This document shows, one piece after another, positions 1 through 7,557 of a stretch of 8,388 nucleotides of DNA. The first letter of the stretch is position 1. The number at the start of each line of letters is the position of its first letter. Both the position numbers and the translations under genes were made by a program. Source of the DNA: PVC group bacterium (GTDB lineage: Bacteria > GCA-001730085 > JADFSZ01). The notes under the pieces are model-generated. The model was not told the origin of the DNA. It saw only the letters and a list, made by a program, of their open reading frames with translations, and did not search any database. Where the stretch lies: NCBI GenBank assembly GCA_022560555.1, contig JADFSZ010000071.1, positions 1-8,388 of the forward strand. The letters run 5' to 3'.

Positions 1-386
1 TTGTAAGTGGTTCCAGCATTATATCCAAAATCAGAGTTGTAAGCATATTTCATCGTGTCATCAAATGCTTTGTGAAGGGTAGCCGGGCAATTAAAAATAT
101 CTTGATTGTTGAGGTAGCTGTTGAGGGTATTGTACCAACGGTCCCCAAATCCTCCCCCGGACATCGAAGGGAAATAGTGACGATTGTCATCCATGTATAA
201 CATGAGCGCTTGTCCCATTTGTCGCAGGTTACTGGTGCATGTGGACGCATACGCCGTTTCTCTCGTACGGTGAAGAACAGTGAGAAGCAAAGACCCGAGT
301 ATAGCTATAATAGCGATCACAACCATCATTTCTATCAGAGTAAATGCTTTCGGCTGATCTTCCCTAAGAGTTCGCTTTTTCTTCAT
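1..386 (-). CDS. Prepilin-type N-terminal cleavage/methylation domain protein (type II secretion/type IV pilin-like, DUF1559-like), 3' end truncated by the window edge
   Basis: Hand translation of the minus strand from ATG 386..384 is open to position 1. It reads [74 protein letters not shown]...FGYNAGTTY. It has the class III signal motif (K)[17 protein letters not shown] and the C-x-SNL-x-Q-x-G-x-A pattern typical of DUF1559 pseudopilins. GGAGG (395..399 on minus) sits 8 nt upstream of the ATG. The gene is absent from the ORF track because no stop lies in the window. Confidence 0.8.
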   Translation of the reverse strand, partial: MKKKRTLREDQPKAFTLIEMMVVIAIIAILGSLLLTVLHRTRETAYASTCTSNLRQMGQALMLYMDDNRHYFPSMSGGGFGDRWYNTLNSYLNNQDIFNCPATLHKAFDDTMKYAYNSDFGYNAGTTY

Positions 387-415
387 CCCAAGTTCCTCCG
401 TATACAATCGGTTAT

Positions 416-1033
416 TTATAAGCTTCTGGTACGGATAAATGTTTTCATCCGTTCAACATCCATGCCCTTACGAACGATTTGAAAAGGTGTTTTTGTCAAA
501 TCAACAATCGTTGACACACATCCCGGAACCTCATCATCAGCCATAAGCCTTAGATCAATACTATCACCGAATATTTTATCAATTAAAAGTCCTTTCGACA
601 AAGGATTTTCACCCGAAATATTCACACTGCTGGCACCTACGGGATAGGTCGTGCGCGAAAGTAGCTCACAGCTCGTCCGATTGGCCGGACAGCGCAATCC
701 TTGGATTTGAGCCTTGTGGTCCAAAACGAGCACGGTCACAGGGCCGGGGAGAAAAACGCGAATAAATTCCTCTTGATCAAAATCGAGGGTGTAAGGGCCG
801 TTCAAAATCTCATCAATTGTGGAAACATGTCTAGAGACAGGTTTGTCCGGATCACGTTTTTTGAGCCTGACAAATTTGTCCTTTGCCAACTGATGATCCA
901 GCCGGAAGCCAAGCCCATATACCGTGTCTGTTGGAAACACAACGAGCCCCCCGTTATCTAAAATGCGAGCGGCATCATCCAACACGGCATTTCGCTCATC
1001 AACGGACAGATCGGGCATCAATATTGCCGGCAT
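416..1033 (-). CDS. tsaC: L-threonylcarbamoyladenylate synthase, short YrdC/TsaC type
   Basis: The 205-aa ORF carries the YrdC-family hallmark [15 protein letters not shown] and later [21 protein letters not shown]. The length matches a single-domain TsaC with no Sua5 C-terminal domain. An alternative ATG at 1018 (MPDLSV...) overlaps the purE stop as TGATG. Neither start has a clear SD. Confidence 0.9.
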   Translation of the reverse strand: MPAILMPDLSVDERNAVLDDAARILDNGGLVVFPTDTVYGLGFRLDHQLAKDKFVRLKKRDPDKPVSRHVSTIDEILNGPYTLDFDQEEFIRVFLPGPVTVLVLDHKAQIQGLRCPANRTSCELLSRTTYPVGASSVNISGENPLSKGLLIDKIFGDSIDLRLMADDEVPGCVSTIVDLTKTPFQIVRKGMDVERMKTFIRTRSL

Positions 1034-1536
1034 TTTTTTTTGATCGACTTATTTTTGGCTAGAACGGATTGAGCCATGCTTTTCTTGTATTGACCCAATT
1101 TTTTAGCAAGAGTTGGATTGGATAAAGCCAGTATTTCAACGGCAAAAATTCCGGCATTTTTGGCTCCGCTTTTTCCGATGGCCATAGTGCCCACGGGAAT
1201 CCCGCCCGGCATCTGGACTGTGGACAAAAGCGAGTCCAAGCCTTTGAGAGAAGGGCTTTCAATGGGAACCCCAATAACGGGATAGGTTGTGTGTCCGGCA
1301 ATCACGCCAGCTAAATGCGCGGCGCCTCCCGCGGCAGCCACAAAAACTCTTATGCCTTTGCCGGGGGCCTGTTTGACATACCTGACGGTTTCGGTCGGAG
1401 TTCTGTGAGCCGATAACACTTTAATATCATAGGCAACGCCGAATTCTTCTAAAATCCGGACACAACTCATCATCACCGGAAGATCCGTGTCAGATCCCAT
1501 AAGAATAGCCACTTGCGTTTTTAGTTTTGCGGACAT
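1018..1536 (-). CDS. purE: 5-(carboxyamino)imidazole ribonucleotide mutase (PurE)
   Basis: The 172-aa ORF aligns along its length with PurE: VAILMGSDTDLPVM, VLSAHRTP, AAAGGAAHLAGVIAGHTTYPVIGVP, GLDSLLSTVQMPGGIPVGTMAIGKSGAKNA. A strong SD AGGAGG (1543..1548 on minus) lies 6 nt upstream of ATG 1536. Confidence 0.95.
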   Translation of the reverse strand: MSAKLKTQVAILMGSDTDLPVMMSCVRILEEFGVAYDIKVLSAHRTPTETVRYVKQAPGKGIRVFVAAAGGAAHLAGVIAGHTTYPVIGVPIESPSLKGLDSLLSTVQMPGGIPVGTMAIGKSGAKNAGIFAVEILALSNPTLAKKLGQYKKSMAQSVLAKNKSIKKKCRQY

Positions 1537-1564
1537 ATCTATCCTCCTTAATAGAGCCTCTAGC

Positions 1565-2026
1565 CTACTCGGCCGCTTTCTTAAAATCTCTTGCTGAAAC
1601 AGCGCCTTCCATTGAATAGGGACGACTCATCAGCTTCCATTCCTCATCAAAAGGCATAAAATCAAACACATAGCTAAGGGATTCTTTTTTCTTTGCTGAT
1701 TGACTCCAAAAATCAATTTTAACAAACATGGTGATTTGATTCTTGTATTCATTCACCATCATAATCGTGTGCCGAATCACATCACGCGCTTGATTTTCCG
1801 TACTTTCATATTCATTCATAAAATCAAAGAGGCGGATAGCCTCTTGGGCCTCCGGCGAAAGAAACGTGTACATTTGTGAATATTCCTTCAGCATCCAATA
1901 CTGGCAATACTCTTTTATGCTGTTAGAAATCTCAACAAGATCTTCAACACCGGACGCCCTGGTCACACAAGGATCTTGAAAAAACAAAAAACATAAAAGG
2001 TAAAAACAATATCTCGTTTTTTTCAT
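1565..2026 (-). CDS. Hypothetical secreted protein (N-terminal signal peptide; possible NTF2-like/DUF4878-like fold)
   Basis: The 153-aa ORF starts with ATG. Its hydrophobic N-terminus MKKTRYCFYLLCFLFFQDPCVTRA|SG has an AXA-like cleavage site. The mature part (W-x-LKEYSQMYTFLSPEAQEAI-x-FDFMNEY) resembles small NTF2-like periplasmic proteins. It is packed 10 nt after the ahcY stop and 28 nt before the purE start. The fold call is by pattern only. Confidence 0.6.
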   Translation of the reverse strand: MKKTRYCFYLLCFLFFQDPCVTRASGVEDLVEISNSIKEYCQYWMLKEYSQMYTFLSPEAQEAIRLFDFMNEYESTENQARDVIRHTIMMVNEYKNQITMFVKIDFWSQSAKKKESLSYVFDFMPFDEEWKLMSRPYSMEGAVSARDFKKAAE

Positions 2027-2036
2027 ACAGACAAAT

Positions 2037-3296
2037 TTATGTTCCGAATTCCCAGGAGGCCAGATATTTTTTTTGAATTTCGGTCAATCGATCGATTTTG
2101 ACTCCTAAAGATTTGAGCTTCAGCACGGCAATCTGCTTGTCAATATTTTCCGGAACAGGGTAAACCTTATTACCCAACGTCGTATGATTTTTCGCAAGAT
2201 ATTCCGCGGCCAAGGCCTGATTCGCAAAGCTCATATCCATCACACACGCCGGATGTCCCTCAGCGGCAGACAAATTCACCAAACGTCCGTCCGCAATGAT
2301 ATAAATTCTATTCCCGTTCTTCAATTTATACTCGTCAACAAAATCCCGAACAACTCTTTTGGTTTTAGTAACCGCGGACAATCCCTTCAGCTCAAGCTCC
2401 ACGTTAAAATGTCCGGAATTACATACGAGGGCCCCGTCCTTCATCTTCAGGAAGTGCTCTTTTCTGATCACGTCGGTGTCGCCCGTGACGGTTACAAAAA
2501 TGTCTCCGATCTTGGCGGCATCCGCAATCGGCATCACCCGGAATCCGTCCATTATCGCTTCCAAAGCTCTTAAGGGATCGACTTCGGTAACAACCACATC
2601 GGCACCCAATCCTTTCGCGCGCAGTGCCACTCCGTGTCCACACCATCCGTATCCGCACACAACAAAGATACGTCCCGCAATCAACGTGTTTGTGGCCCGG
2701 ATGATTCCATCCATGGTGCTTTGTCCCGTTCCATACCGATTATCAAACATATGTTTGGTCAGCGCGTCGTTTACGGCAACAACGGGAAACGCGAGGACTC
2801 CTTGATCAGCCATCGCTTTTAGACGGATAACACCCGTGGTCGTTTCTTCGGTTGATCCGATTAATCCTTGGACGAGTTCTTTTCTTTTAGATAATATCTC
2901 GCACACAAGATCCGCACCGTCATCCATGGTGATGGTCGGACGAACATCAAGAGCGGACTTGATATGACTATAATACACCTTGGCGTTTTCCCCTTTAATC
3001 GCAAAAACAGAAAGGCCATAATCCTTTACCAATGATGCCGCAACGTCATCCTGAGTGGATAGAGGGTTTGAAGCGCAAGCAATAACCTTCGCACCTCCGG
3101 CTTTTAGCGCCAAAAGAAGGTTGGCCGTCTCCGCGGTGATATGCAGACAGCAACTGATTGTTTGTCCCTTAAGGGGTTTACTTTTTTTAAATCGTTCCTC
3201 GATAAGACTGAGAACCGGCATATCCCGCTTGGACCATTCGATCCGTAATTTTCCGTGGCTTGCGAGTTTGAGTGATTTTACATCTGAAGCGACCAT
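2037..3296 (-). CDS. ahcY: Adenosylhomocysteinase (S-adenosyl-L-homocysteine hydrolase), short form
   Basis: The sequence has SAHH hallmarks: [57 protein letters not shown], and the NAD-binding [13 protein letters not shown]. The track ORF starts at 3311, which is a TTG codon. ATG at 3296 (MVASDV...) is preceded by AAAGGA, so I prefer 3296. Confidence 0.95.
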   Translation of the reverse strand: MVASDVKSLKLASHGKLRIEWSKRDMPVLSLIEERFKKSKPLKGQTISCCLHITAETANLLLALKAGGAKVIACASNPLSTQDDVAASLVKDYGLSVFAIKGENAKVYYSHIKSALDVRPTITMDDGADLVCEILSKRKELVQGLIGSTEETTTGVIRLKAMADQGVLAFPVVAVNDALTKHMFDNRYGTGQSTMDGIIRATNTLIAGRIFVVCGYGWCGHGVALRAKGLGADVVVTEVDPLRALEAIMDGFRVMPIADAAKIGDIFVTVTGDTDVIRKEHFLKMKDGALVCNSGHFNVELELKGLSAVTKTKRVVRDFVDEYKLKNGNRIYIIADGRLVNLSAAEGHPACVMDMSFANQALAAEYLAKNHTTLGNKVYPVPENIDKQIAVLKLKSLGVKIDRLTEIQKKYLASWEFGT

Positions 3297-3320
3297 AAAC
3301 AATCCTTTCAATTAATACTC

Positions 3321-4532
3321 TTATACGGAGATGAGTTTTCGTGAAAAATATTTTTCTTCCGTTCGCAGACCCGCAAATTTTCGAATTTCTTCGACCTTAT
3401 CCGTTTTTTCCCACGTGAACGTAGGCTCTGATCTTCCGAAATGGCCGTAAGCCGCTGTTTTACGAAAAATCGGCCGCCTCAGTTTTAGATTTTTGATGAT
3501 AGATGCGGGACGCAAATCAAAAATATGGTTGACGGCTTCTAAGATTTTCTCATCAGAGATTTTCCCCGTTCCAAACGTGTTCACAAGAACAGACACGGGT
3601 TGCGCGACTCCGATCGCGTACGCGACCTGGAGTTCACATTCATGTGCCAGGTCCGCGGCAACAATATTTTTGGCCACATAGCGCGCCATATAGGCGGCGC
3701 TACGATCCACTTTTGAAGGATCTTTTCCGGAAAAAGCCCCTCCGCCGTGACGGCTGCGGCCGCCGTATGTGTCAACAATGATTTTTCGTCCCGTCAAGCC
3801 GCAATCTCCCTGCGGCCCTCCAACGACAAACCGTCCTGTCGGATTCACGTGTATAACAGTGTTGTTATCTAGCCATTTCTTCGGAATAACCGTACGAATG
3901 ACTTTTGATATAATTTCGCTCTTTAATGTGTCATAAGAAATGTCCGGCACGTGCTGTGTTGAGATAACAATATTGTGTACGCGTGTTGGTTTTCCATCGA
4001 CATACTCAACCGTTACCTGACTTTTAGAATCCGGCCGAAGAAAATCTATTTGCCCGCCTTTCCTTAAAGCGGCCAAACGCATAACAAGCTGATTGGCCAT
4101 CGCGATCGGCAGCGGCATAAACTCTTTTGTTTCTTGAATCGCGTATCCAAACATCATGCCCTGGTCACCGGCCCCTTGTTCTTTGTGGAGTCCTTTGCCG
4201 GTTGAAACCCCTTGAGAAATATCCGGAGACTGTTTCCCTAGAGCGATGTTCACTCCGCATGTTTTGTAATCAAACCCCATCTCGCTTGACGTATATCCGA
4301 TATCTTTTACTGTATCACGAACTACTTTTGAAAAATCAATATTAGCCTTCGTAGTGATTTCGCCGGCCACGAGGACAAAGCCCGTTGTTACCAAACATTC
4401 ACAGGCCACGCGTGCGGTGGGATCTTTTTCCAGGATCGCGTCTAAGATCGCGTCTGAAATTTGATCGCACATCTTATCCGGATGCCCTTCGCTGACAGAT
4501 TCGGATGTAAAAAGATAGTTTTTTCCGCTCAT
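3321..4532 (-). CDS. metK: S-adenosylmethionine synthetase (methionine adenosyltransferase)
   Basis: The sequence shows [78 protein letters not shown]. The first track codon (4535..4533) is GTG. The adjacent ATG at 4532 has an AAGGA SD about 8 nt upstream. Confidence 0.97.
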   Translation of the reverse strand: MSGKNYLFTSESVSEGHPDKMCDQISDAILDAILEKDPTARVACECLVTTGFVLVAGEITTKANIDFSKVVRDTVKDIGYTSSEMGFDYKTCGVNIALGKQSPDISQGVSTGKGLHKEQGAGDQGMMFGYAIQETKEFMPLPIAMANQLVMRLAALRKGGQIDFLRPDSKSQVTVEYVDGKPTRVHNIVISTQHVPDISYDTLKSEIISKVIRTVIPKKWLDNNTVIHVNPTGRFVVGGPQGDCGLTGRKIIVDTYGGRSRHGGGAFSGKDPSKVDRSAAYMARYVAKNIVAADLAHECELQVAYAIGVAQPVSVLVNTFGTGKISDEKILEAVNHIFDLRPASIIKNLKLRRPIFRKTAAYGHFGRSEPTFTWEKTDKVEEIRKFAGLRTEEKYFSRKLISV

Positions 4533-4569
4533 CACATTTGTCCTTTATTGTACGGGGTAGATTTTCGTC

Positions 4570-5046
4570 TCATTTATGAATCTTTTGCTTTTTTCTGATG
4601 GCTCTATCGATATCTCTATCGACTGATTTTTTCTTCATTGTTTCTCTTTTGTCAAATTGCTTCTTCCCTTTTGCCACCCCTATCTCAACTTTGGCCCACT
4701 GATGACTAAAATATACTTTTAGAGGAACAAGGGTTCTTCCCTTAACATTAACACTCCCGTAAAGCTTATCGATTTCTTTTCGACTGAGCAGTAGTTTTCT
4801 GCTGCGGACTGGATCATAATCCGGCGAATAACTTTTGCCATACGGCTCAATACGCAGCTTGTAGAGAAACACTTCCCCTTGTTCGACACGCGCAAAACTA
4901 TCAACCAAACTCACACGGGATTCCCGCAAAGATTTTACCTCGCACCCCAAAAGAACTAACCCGCACTCGACGGTATCAAGGATGGTATAGTCTCTGTAAG
5001 CTTTTCGATTCGTGGCTATGACCTTATCTTTTGAATTTTTAGACAT
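4570..5046 (-). CDS. smpB: SsrA-binding protein SmpB (trans-translation)
   Basis: The 158-aa ORF carries NRKAYRDYTILDTVECGLVLLGCEVKSLR, RSRKLLLSRKEIDKL, KVEIGVAKGKKQFDKRE and a basic C-terminal tail, collinear with SmpB. Confidence 0.95.
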   Translation of the reverse strand: MSKNSKDKVIATNRKAYRDYTILDTVECGLVLLGCEVKSLRESRVSLVDSFARVEQGEVFLYKLRIEPYGKSYSPDYDPVRSRKLLLSRKEIDKLYGSVNVKGRTLVPLKVYFSHQWAKVEIGVAKGKKQFDKRETMKKKSVDRDIDRAIRKKQKIHK

Positions 5047-5080
5047 ATATCACGAGTCTTAGTCTTAGCCGAAAGCGCAT

Positions 5081-5109
5081 AATATAACACCCTTGCGGAC
5101 TAATTTCAA
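5081..5109 (-). promoter_or_regulatory. Sigma70-type promoter upstream of smpB (-35 TTGAAA, 17-nt spacer, extended -10 TGTTATATT)
   Basis: The minus strand reads TTGAAA (5109..5104), TTAGTCCGCAAGGGTGT (17 nt), then TATATT (5086..5081). The TGn immediately 5' of the -10 fits an extended -10. The predicted TSS is near 5074, about 28 nt before the smpB ATG. This is a motif match only. Confidence 0.55.
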
Positions 5110-5215
5110 TATATATTTAAGTTAAGTTAGCAGAAGTGCTTCGACAGAGTTTATAGGGAGACATTTATCATCGGCTGAAAGTCCACCAAACCACAGTTTT
5201 CAGAAGGCACCCCTC

Positions 5216-5608
5216 TCAATCTACGATTTGCACCGTATAGAGGCCCGGCCCTACTTCGAGGATTTCTGACTTATAACCCTGTTCCCTTAAGCGCTTTACA
5301 ACTTCAATGCAGAAATGACTTTGCTTGGCCGGGTCCCGCGCGATTTCTTCACCATAATTTTTCCACTCATCGGACATAAACTCCGGAAAACGGCTTTTCA
5401 TATCATGCAGGTACGGCTGGAGCTCCATCTGTCCGGCTTCCTCAGCCTCGTGCATGTAAATAGTCGAATAAACGGCATATTCATAAAACATATCTTCATC
5501 AAACGCCATGAGAAACGTCGGATGAAAAACCAAGAGACACGCAATATAAATGCATATAATGACGCTGATCTTGAATCGCTGTCTGACAAATCCCTTTAAT
5601 GTCAACAT
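5216..5608 (-). CDS. Hypothetical protein with N-terminal signal anchor/signal peptide
   Basis: The track ORF start at 5668 is a TTG. ATG at 5608 (MLTLKGFVRQRFKISVIICIYIACLLVFHPTFLMA...) is preceded by GAGAGG about 7 nt upstream and is followed directly by a hydrophobic helix. I recognise no family for the acidic/aromatic remainder. Confidence 0.6.
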   Translation of the reverse strand: MLTLKGFVRQRFKISVIICIYIACLLVFHPTFLMAFDEDMFYEYAVYSTIYMHEAEEAGQMELQPYLHDMKSRFPEFMSDEWKNYGEEIARDPAKQSHFCIEVVKRLREQGYKSEILEVGPGLYTVQIVD

Positions 5609-5659
5609 GTGCAGGCCTCTCTTTATGAAATTTTGGCGGATATTTATCCTGCCATCATT

Positions 5660-5688
5660 ATTATACAATTTTCGCGCGCATGATGCTA
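5660..5688 (-). promoter_or_regulatory. Candidate promoter for the 5216..5608 gene (perfect -10 TATAAT, weak -35)
   Basis: The minus strand has TATAAT at 5665..5660. At a 17-nt spacer the -35 is TAGCAT, a poor match. The box lies inside the TTG-extended version of the ORF, which supports the shorter ATG 5608 start. Confidence 0.35.
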
Positions 5689-5695
5689 TAAGTCA

Positions 5696-5724
5696 TTGCC
5701 TAGGGCCTAAATGCAACTTATAAT
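5696..5724 (+). promoter_or_regulatory. Candidate sigma70 promoter for the AsmA-like gene (-35 TTGCCT, 17-nt spacer, -10 TATAAT)
   Basis: TTGCCT lies at 5696..5701 and TATAAT at 5719..5724, with exactly 17 nt between them. The -10 sits downstream of the track ATG 5711, so the real start is probably ATG 5753. Confidence 0.45.
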
Positions 5725-5752
5725 GCTGAGGCGATCTAAAAATGAGAAACCC

Positions 5753-7549
5753 ATGAAAATACTAAAAACAATCAAAATCGCACTCATCGGTCTATTGGCT
5801 CTCGTTTTACTCCTGGGGGTCTTGGTGTTACTTTACTTCAACGTGATCCTCTCCAAAGAAGATCGGATTGCGTTGTTAAAAAACCTTATTGTTTCTGTCA
5901 GCGGCCAAGCCATGGATTTTAGTGATGTTCACATTCAGTGGAACGGACAGATCTCAATGGATAATTTTGAGACAACAGTCCGTCTGGAAACTTATCAAGA
6001 TCTCACACTAAAAGCCGAAACGATGGCTTTTGTAATTGACATCACGAAACTTCTGAGTCGAGTTGCAAAGATAAAAAGTTTTACTCTCTCCCGCCCGGAT
6101 ATCCGTCTCCCCTATTACCACAACATTCAAATCCAAGGAGAAAATATCTCCGGAGAATTTGACAATGGTTGGCAGTTAAAAAAGGGCTCTTCGTTCCCGA
6201 CAGAGAACATTTCGCTTGATCTTGAAGATATTACCTTTCGCTCAAATCTCAACCCGACGGCCATTGAACATATTTTTGCCAACATCCGTATCCACGCGAA
6301 TCAGATGACTCTTCGAGACGCTGAAATGAAGATTCAAAACAAACACTATTATTTTGAACTCACGCACCAAAAGGAAGAACCAAATCTCGTCCTTGATCTG
6401 CATGGACCCGAAGATTTTGACCTTGCACTTAAAATCAATTCACTTGATACAATGGAAATCACAAATTTTTCTTTCCGGCATCCATCGCTCAGCATGGAAG
6501 CCCATGGTCAGCTCGGGGCTCTCGCGAATATTCAGCTGGAATTTTCGGGCACAGCTCAAGCGAAATTCCCCGGCATATTGGACGATTATAGCAAATACCT
6601 TCCGGACGATTTTGTCTCACTTCCGATTAAGGGCGGTATCACCGTGTCTTTTAATGTTAAGGGAACGTCTCTTGACTATAAAACGTGGATGGTGGCGGCA
6701 ACATTTACAAGTCCGACATTCACGTATGATCTTGTGGAATTTAAAAACTTCTCTATGAAAGCCCACTTTCAAAATTCTCTTTTTGAAACAACTCAAATGA
6801 AAGCCACAATATTTGAGGGAGTTTTAGAAGGTTACATTATGTGCGATTTATCCGAATCACCTCCCCGTTTTAAAACCATCCACAAAATTAAGGATATGAA
6901 TTTAAACACACTTCTCAACACGTACAGCAAAAACAAGGGCCATTTTTCCGGAGATTTGGATTTAGCCATAGATCTTGACGGAATCGCGGGACAGCCCGAG
7001 ACGTATACGGGCATTGGGTCTCTTGCCCTAAAGAACGGCCGCTTGTTTAAGCTTCCCGTTTTAAGCGGACTACCTATTTTGAGCGTCATTCCCGGACTCG
7101 GCAGTACGCGCATCACCGACGGCAACGGATCATTCGCGATTAAGAACGAATTGATTATGACCAATGATTTTGTTTTTAAAGGGTCCAATGCCCGGGCGAA
7201 AATCGAAGGGACTATCGGGTTTGATCAGCGTCTGAATCTTCTCGTGAATATCCAATCACAAAAGTCCGGCATACCGTTTGTCGGCGGGATTCTTAAAAAG
7301 GTCCAGGACACTCTGGGCATCGTGCCTGTTGTGCAGATTACAGGAACACTTAACGATCCTAAATATTATGTCAAACCCGTTAAAGCGCCCTCCCCAACGG
7401 AGGCCGATCAGACTCAAGCCGCCCCCGGGAAACAAGATTCTTCCCAAGATACAATTTCAAAAATTATGAAACTTTTCAACAAAGATGAAGATGCTCCACC
7501 ACCGCCTGATCTGAAATCGATCATTGATCTTATTCCGTTTGATTTTTAA
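5753..7549 (+). CDS. AsmA/TamB-like envelope protein (N-terminal membrane anchor plus AsmA-like C-terminal region)
   Basis: From ATG 5753 the protein reads MKILKTIKIALIGLLALVLLLGVLVLLYFNVIL, a single TM anchor. A long beta-rich body follows. The C-terminal region has patterns typical of AsmA_2/TamB-like domains: GSLALKNGRLFKLPVLSGL, GSNARAKIEGTIGFDQRLNLLVNIQ, and VPVVQITGTLNDPKYYVKP. The track start 5711 is the alternative. The family call is from motif memory and has not been searched. Confidence 0.6.
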   Translation: MKILKTIKIALIGLLALVLLLGVLVLLYFNVILSKEDRIALLKNLIVSVSGQAMDFSDVHIQWNGQISMDNFETTVRLETYQDLTLKAETMAFVIDITKLLSRVAKIKSFTLSRPDIRLPYYHNIQIQGENISGEFDNGWQLKKGSSFPTENISLDLEDITFRSNLNPTAIEHIFANIRIHANQMTLRDAEMKIQNKHYYFELTHQKEEPNLVLDLHGPEDFDLALKINSLDTMEITNFSFRHPSLSMEAHGQLGALANIQLEFSGTAQAKFPGILDDYSKYLPDDFVSLPIKGGITVSFNVKGTSLDYKTWMVAATFTSPTFTYDLVEFKNFSMKAHFQNSLFETTQMKATIFEGVLEGYIMCDLSESPPRFKTIHKIKDMNLNTLLNTYSKNKGHFSGDLDLAIDLDGIAGQPETYTGIGSLALKNGRLFKLPVLSGLPILSVIPGLGSTRITDGNGSFAIKNELIMTNDFVFKGSNARAKIEGTIGFDQRLNLLVNIQSQKSGIPFVGGILKKVQDTLGIVPVVQITGTLNDPKYYVKPVKAPSPTEADQTQAAPGKQDSSQDTISKIMKLFNKDEDAPPPPDLKSIIDLIPFDF

Positions 7550-7557
7550 TGAAAATA

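Noticed and set aside
50-250. Track ORF of 66 aa on the minus strand
   Set aside because: It is an out-of-frame shadow of the prepilin-type CDS. The frame starting at ATG 386 is open through the whole 1..386 stretch and carries a clear pilin signal motif and SD.
210-482. Track ORF of 90 aa on the plus strand
   Set aside because: It runs antisense to the prepilin-type gene and across the tsaC stop and intergenic region. It has no SD and no recognisable motif, so it is probably spurious.
3297-3311. Extended starts in the ORF track (ahcY 3311, metK 4535, hypothetical 5668, AsmA-like 5711)
   Set aside because: 3311 and 5668 are TTG and 4535 is GTG. In each case a nearby ATG has a better-placed SD. 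For 5711, a TATAAT -10 box with a properly spaced -35 lies downstream of it, which favours ATG 5753.
701-3315. Antisense or alternative-frame ORFs inside tsaC, purE and ahcY (701..961, 1059..1301, 2184..2573, 2359..2805, 2419..2658, 2634..2822, 3055..3315)
   Set aside because: Each lies entirely within a confidently identified conserved enzyme gene. Their translations are low-complexity, Arg/Ser-rich or Cys/Arg-rich shadow sequences with no family resemblance.
4536-4569. Looked for SAM riboswitches (upstream of metK) and SAH riboswitches (upstream of ahcY, 3297..3320)
   Set aside because: The gaps are only about 37 and 24 nt and contain just an SD, which is far too short for any known riboswitch class.
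5175-5203. Possible terminator hairpin CTGAAA...TTTCAG, and GTCCACCA (5181..5188) resembling a tmRNA/tRNA 3' end
   Set aside because: The stem is only 6 bp with a 17-nt loop and has no following T-tract on either strand. The CCA-like string has no acceptor or T-arm context and there is no room for a tmRNA body.
3493-5599. Nested ORFs inside metK, smpB and the 5216..5608 gene (3493..3681, 3581..3778, 4127..4345, 4719..4904, 5315..5599, 5398..5589)
   Set aside because: They are shadow ORFs of strongly supported genes, with no independent start signals.
6354-7469. Nested ORFs within the AsmA-like gene (6354..6758, 6832..7188, 7256..7447, 7278..7469)
   Set aside because: The long 5753..7549 frame has a coherent domain architecture: a TM anchor and AsmA-like C-terminal motifs. 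The nested ORFs look like frame shadows.
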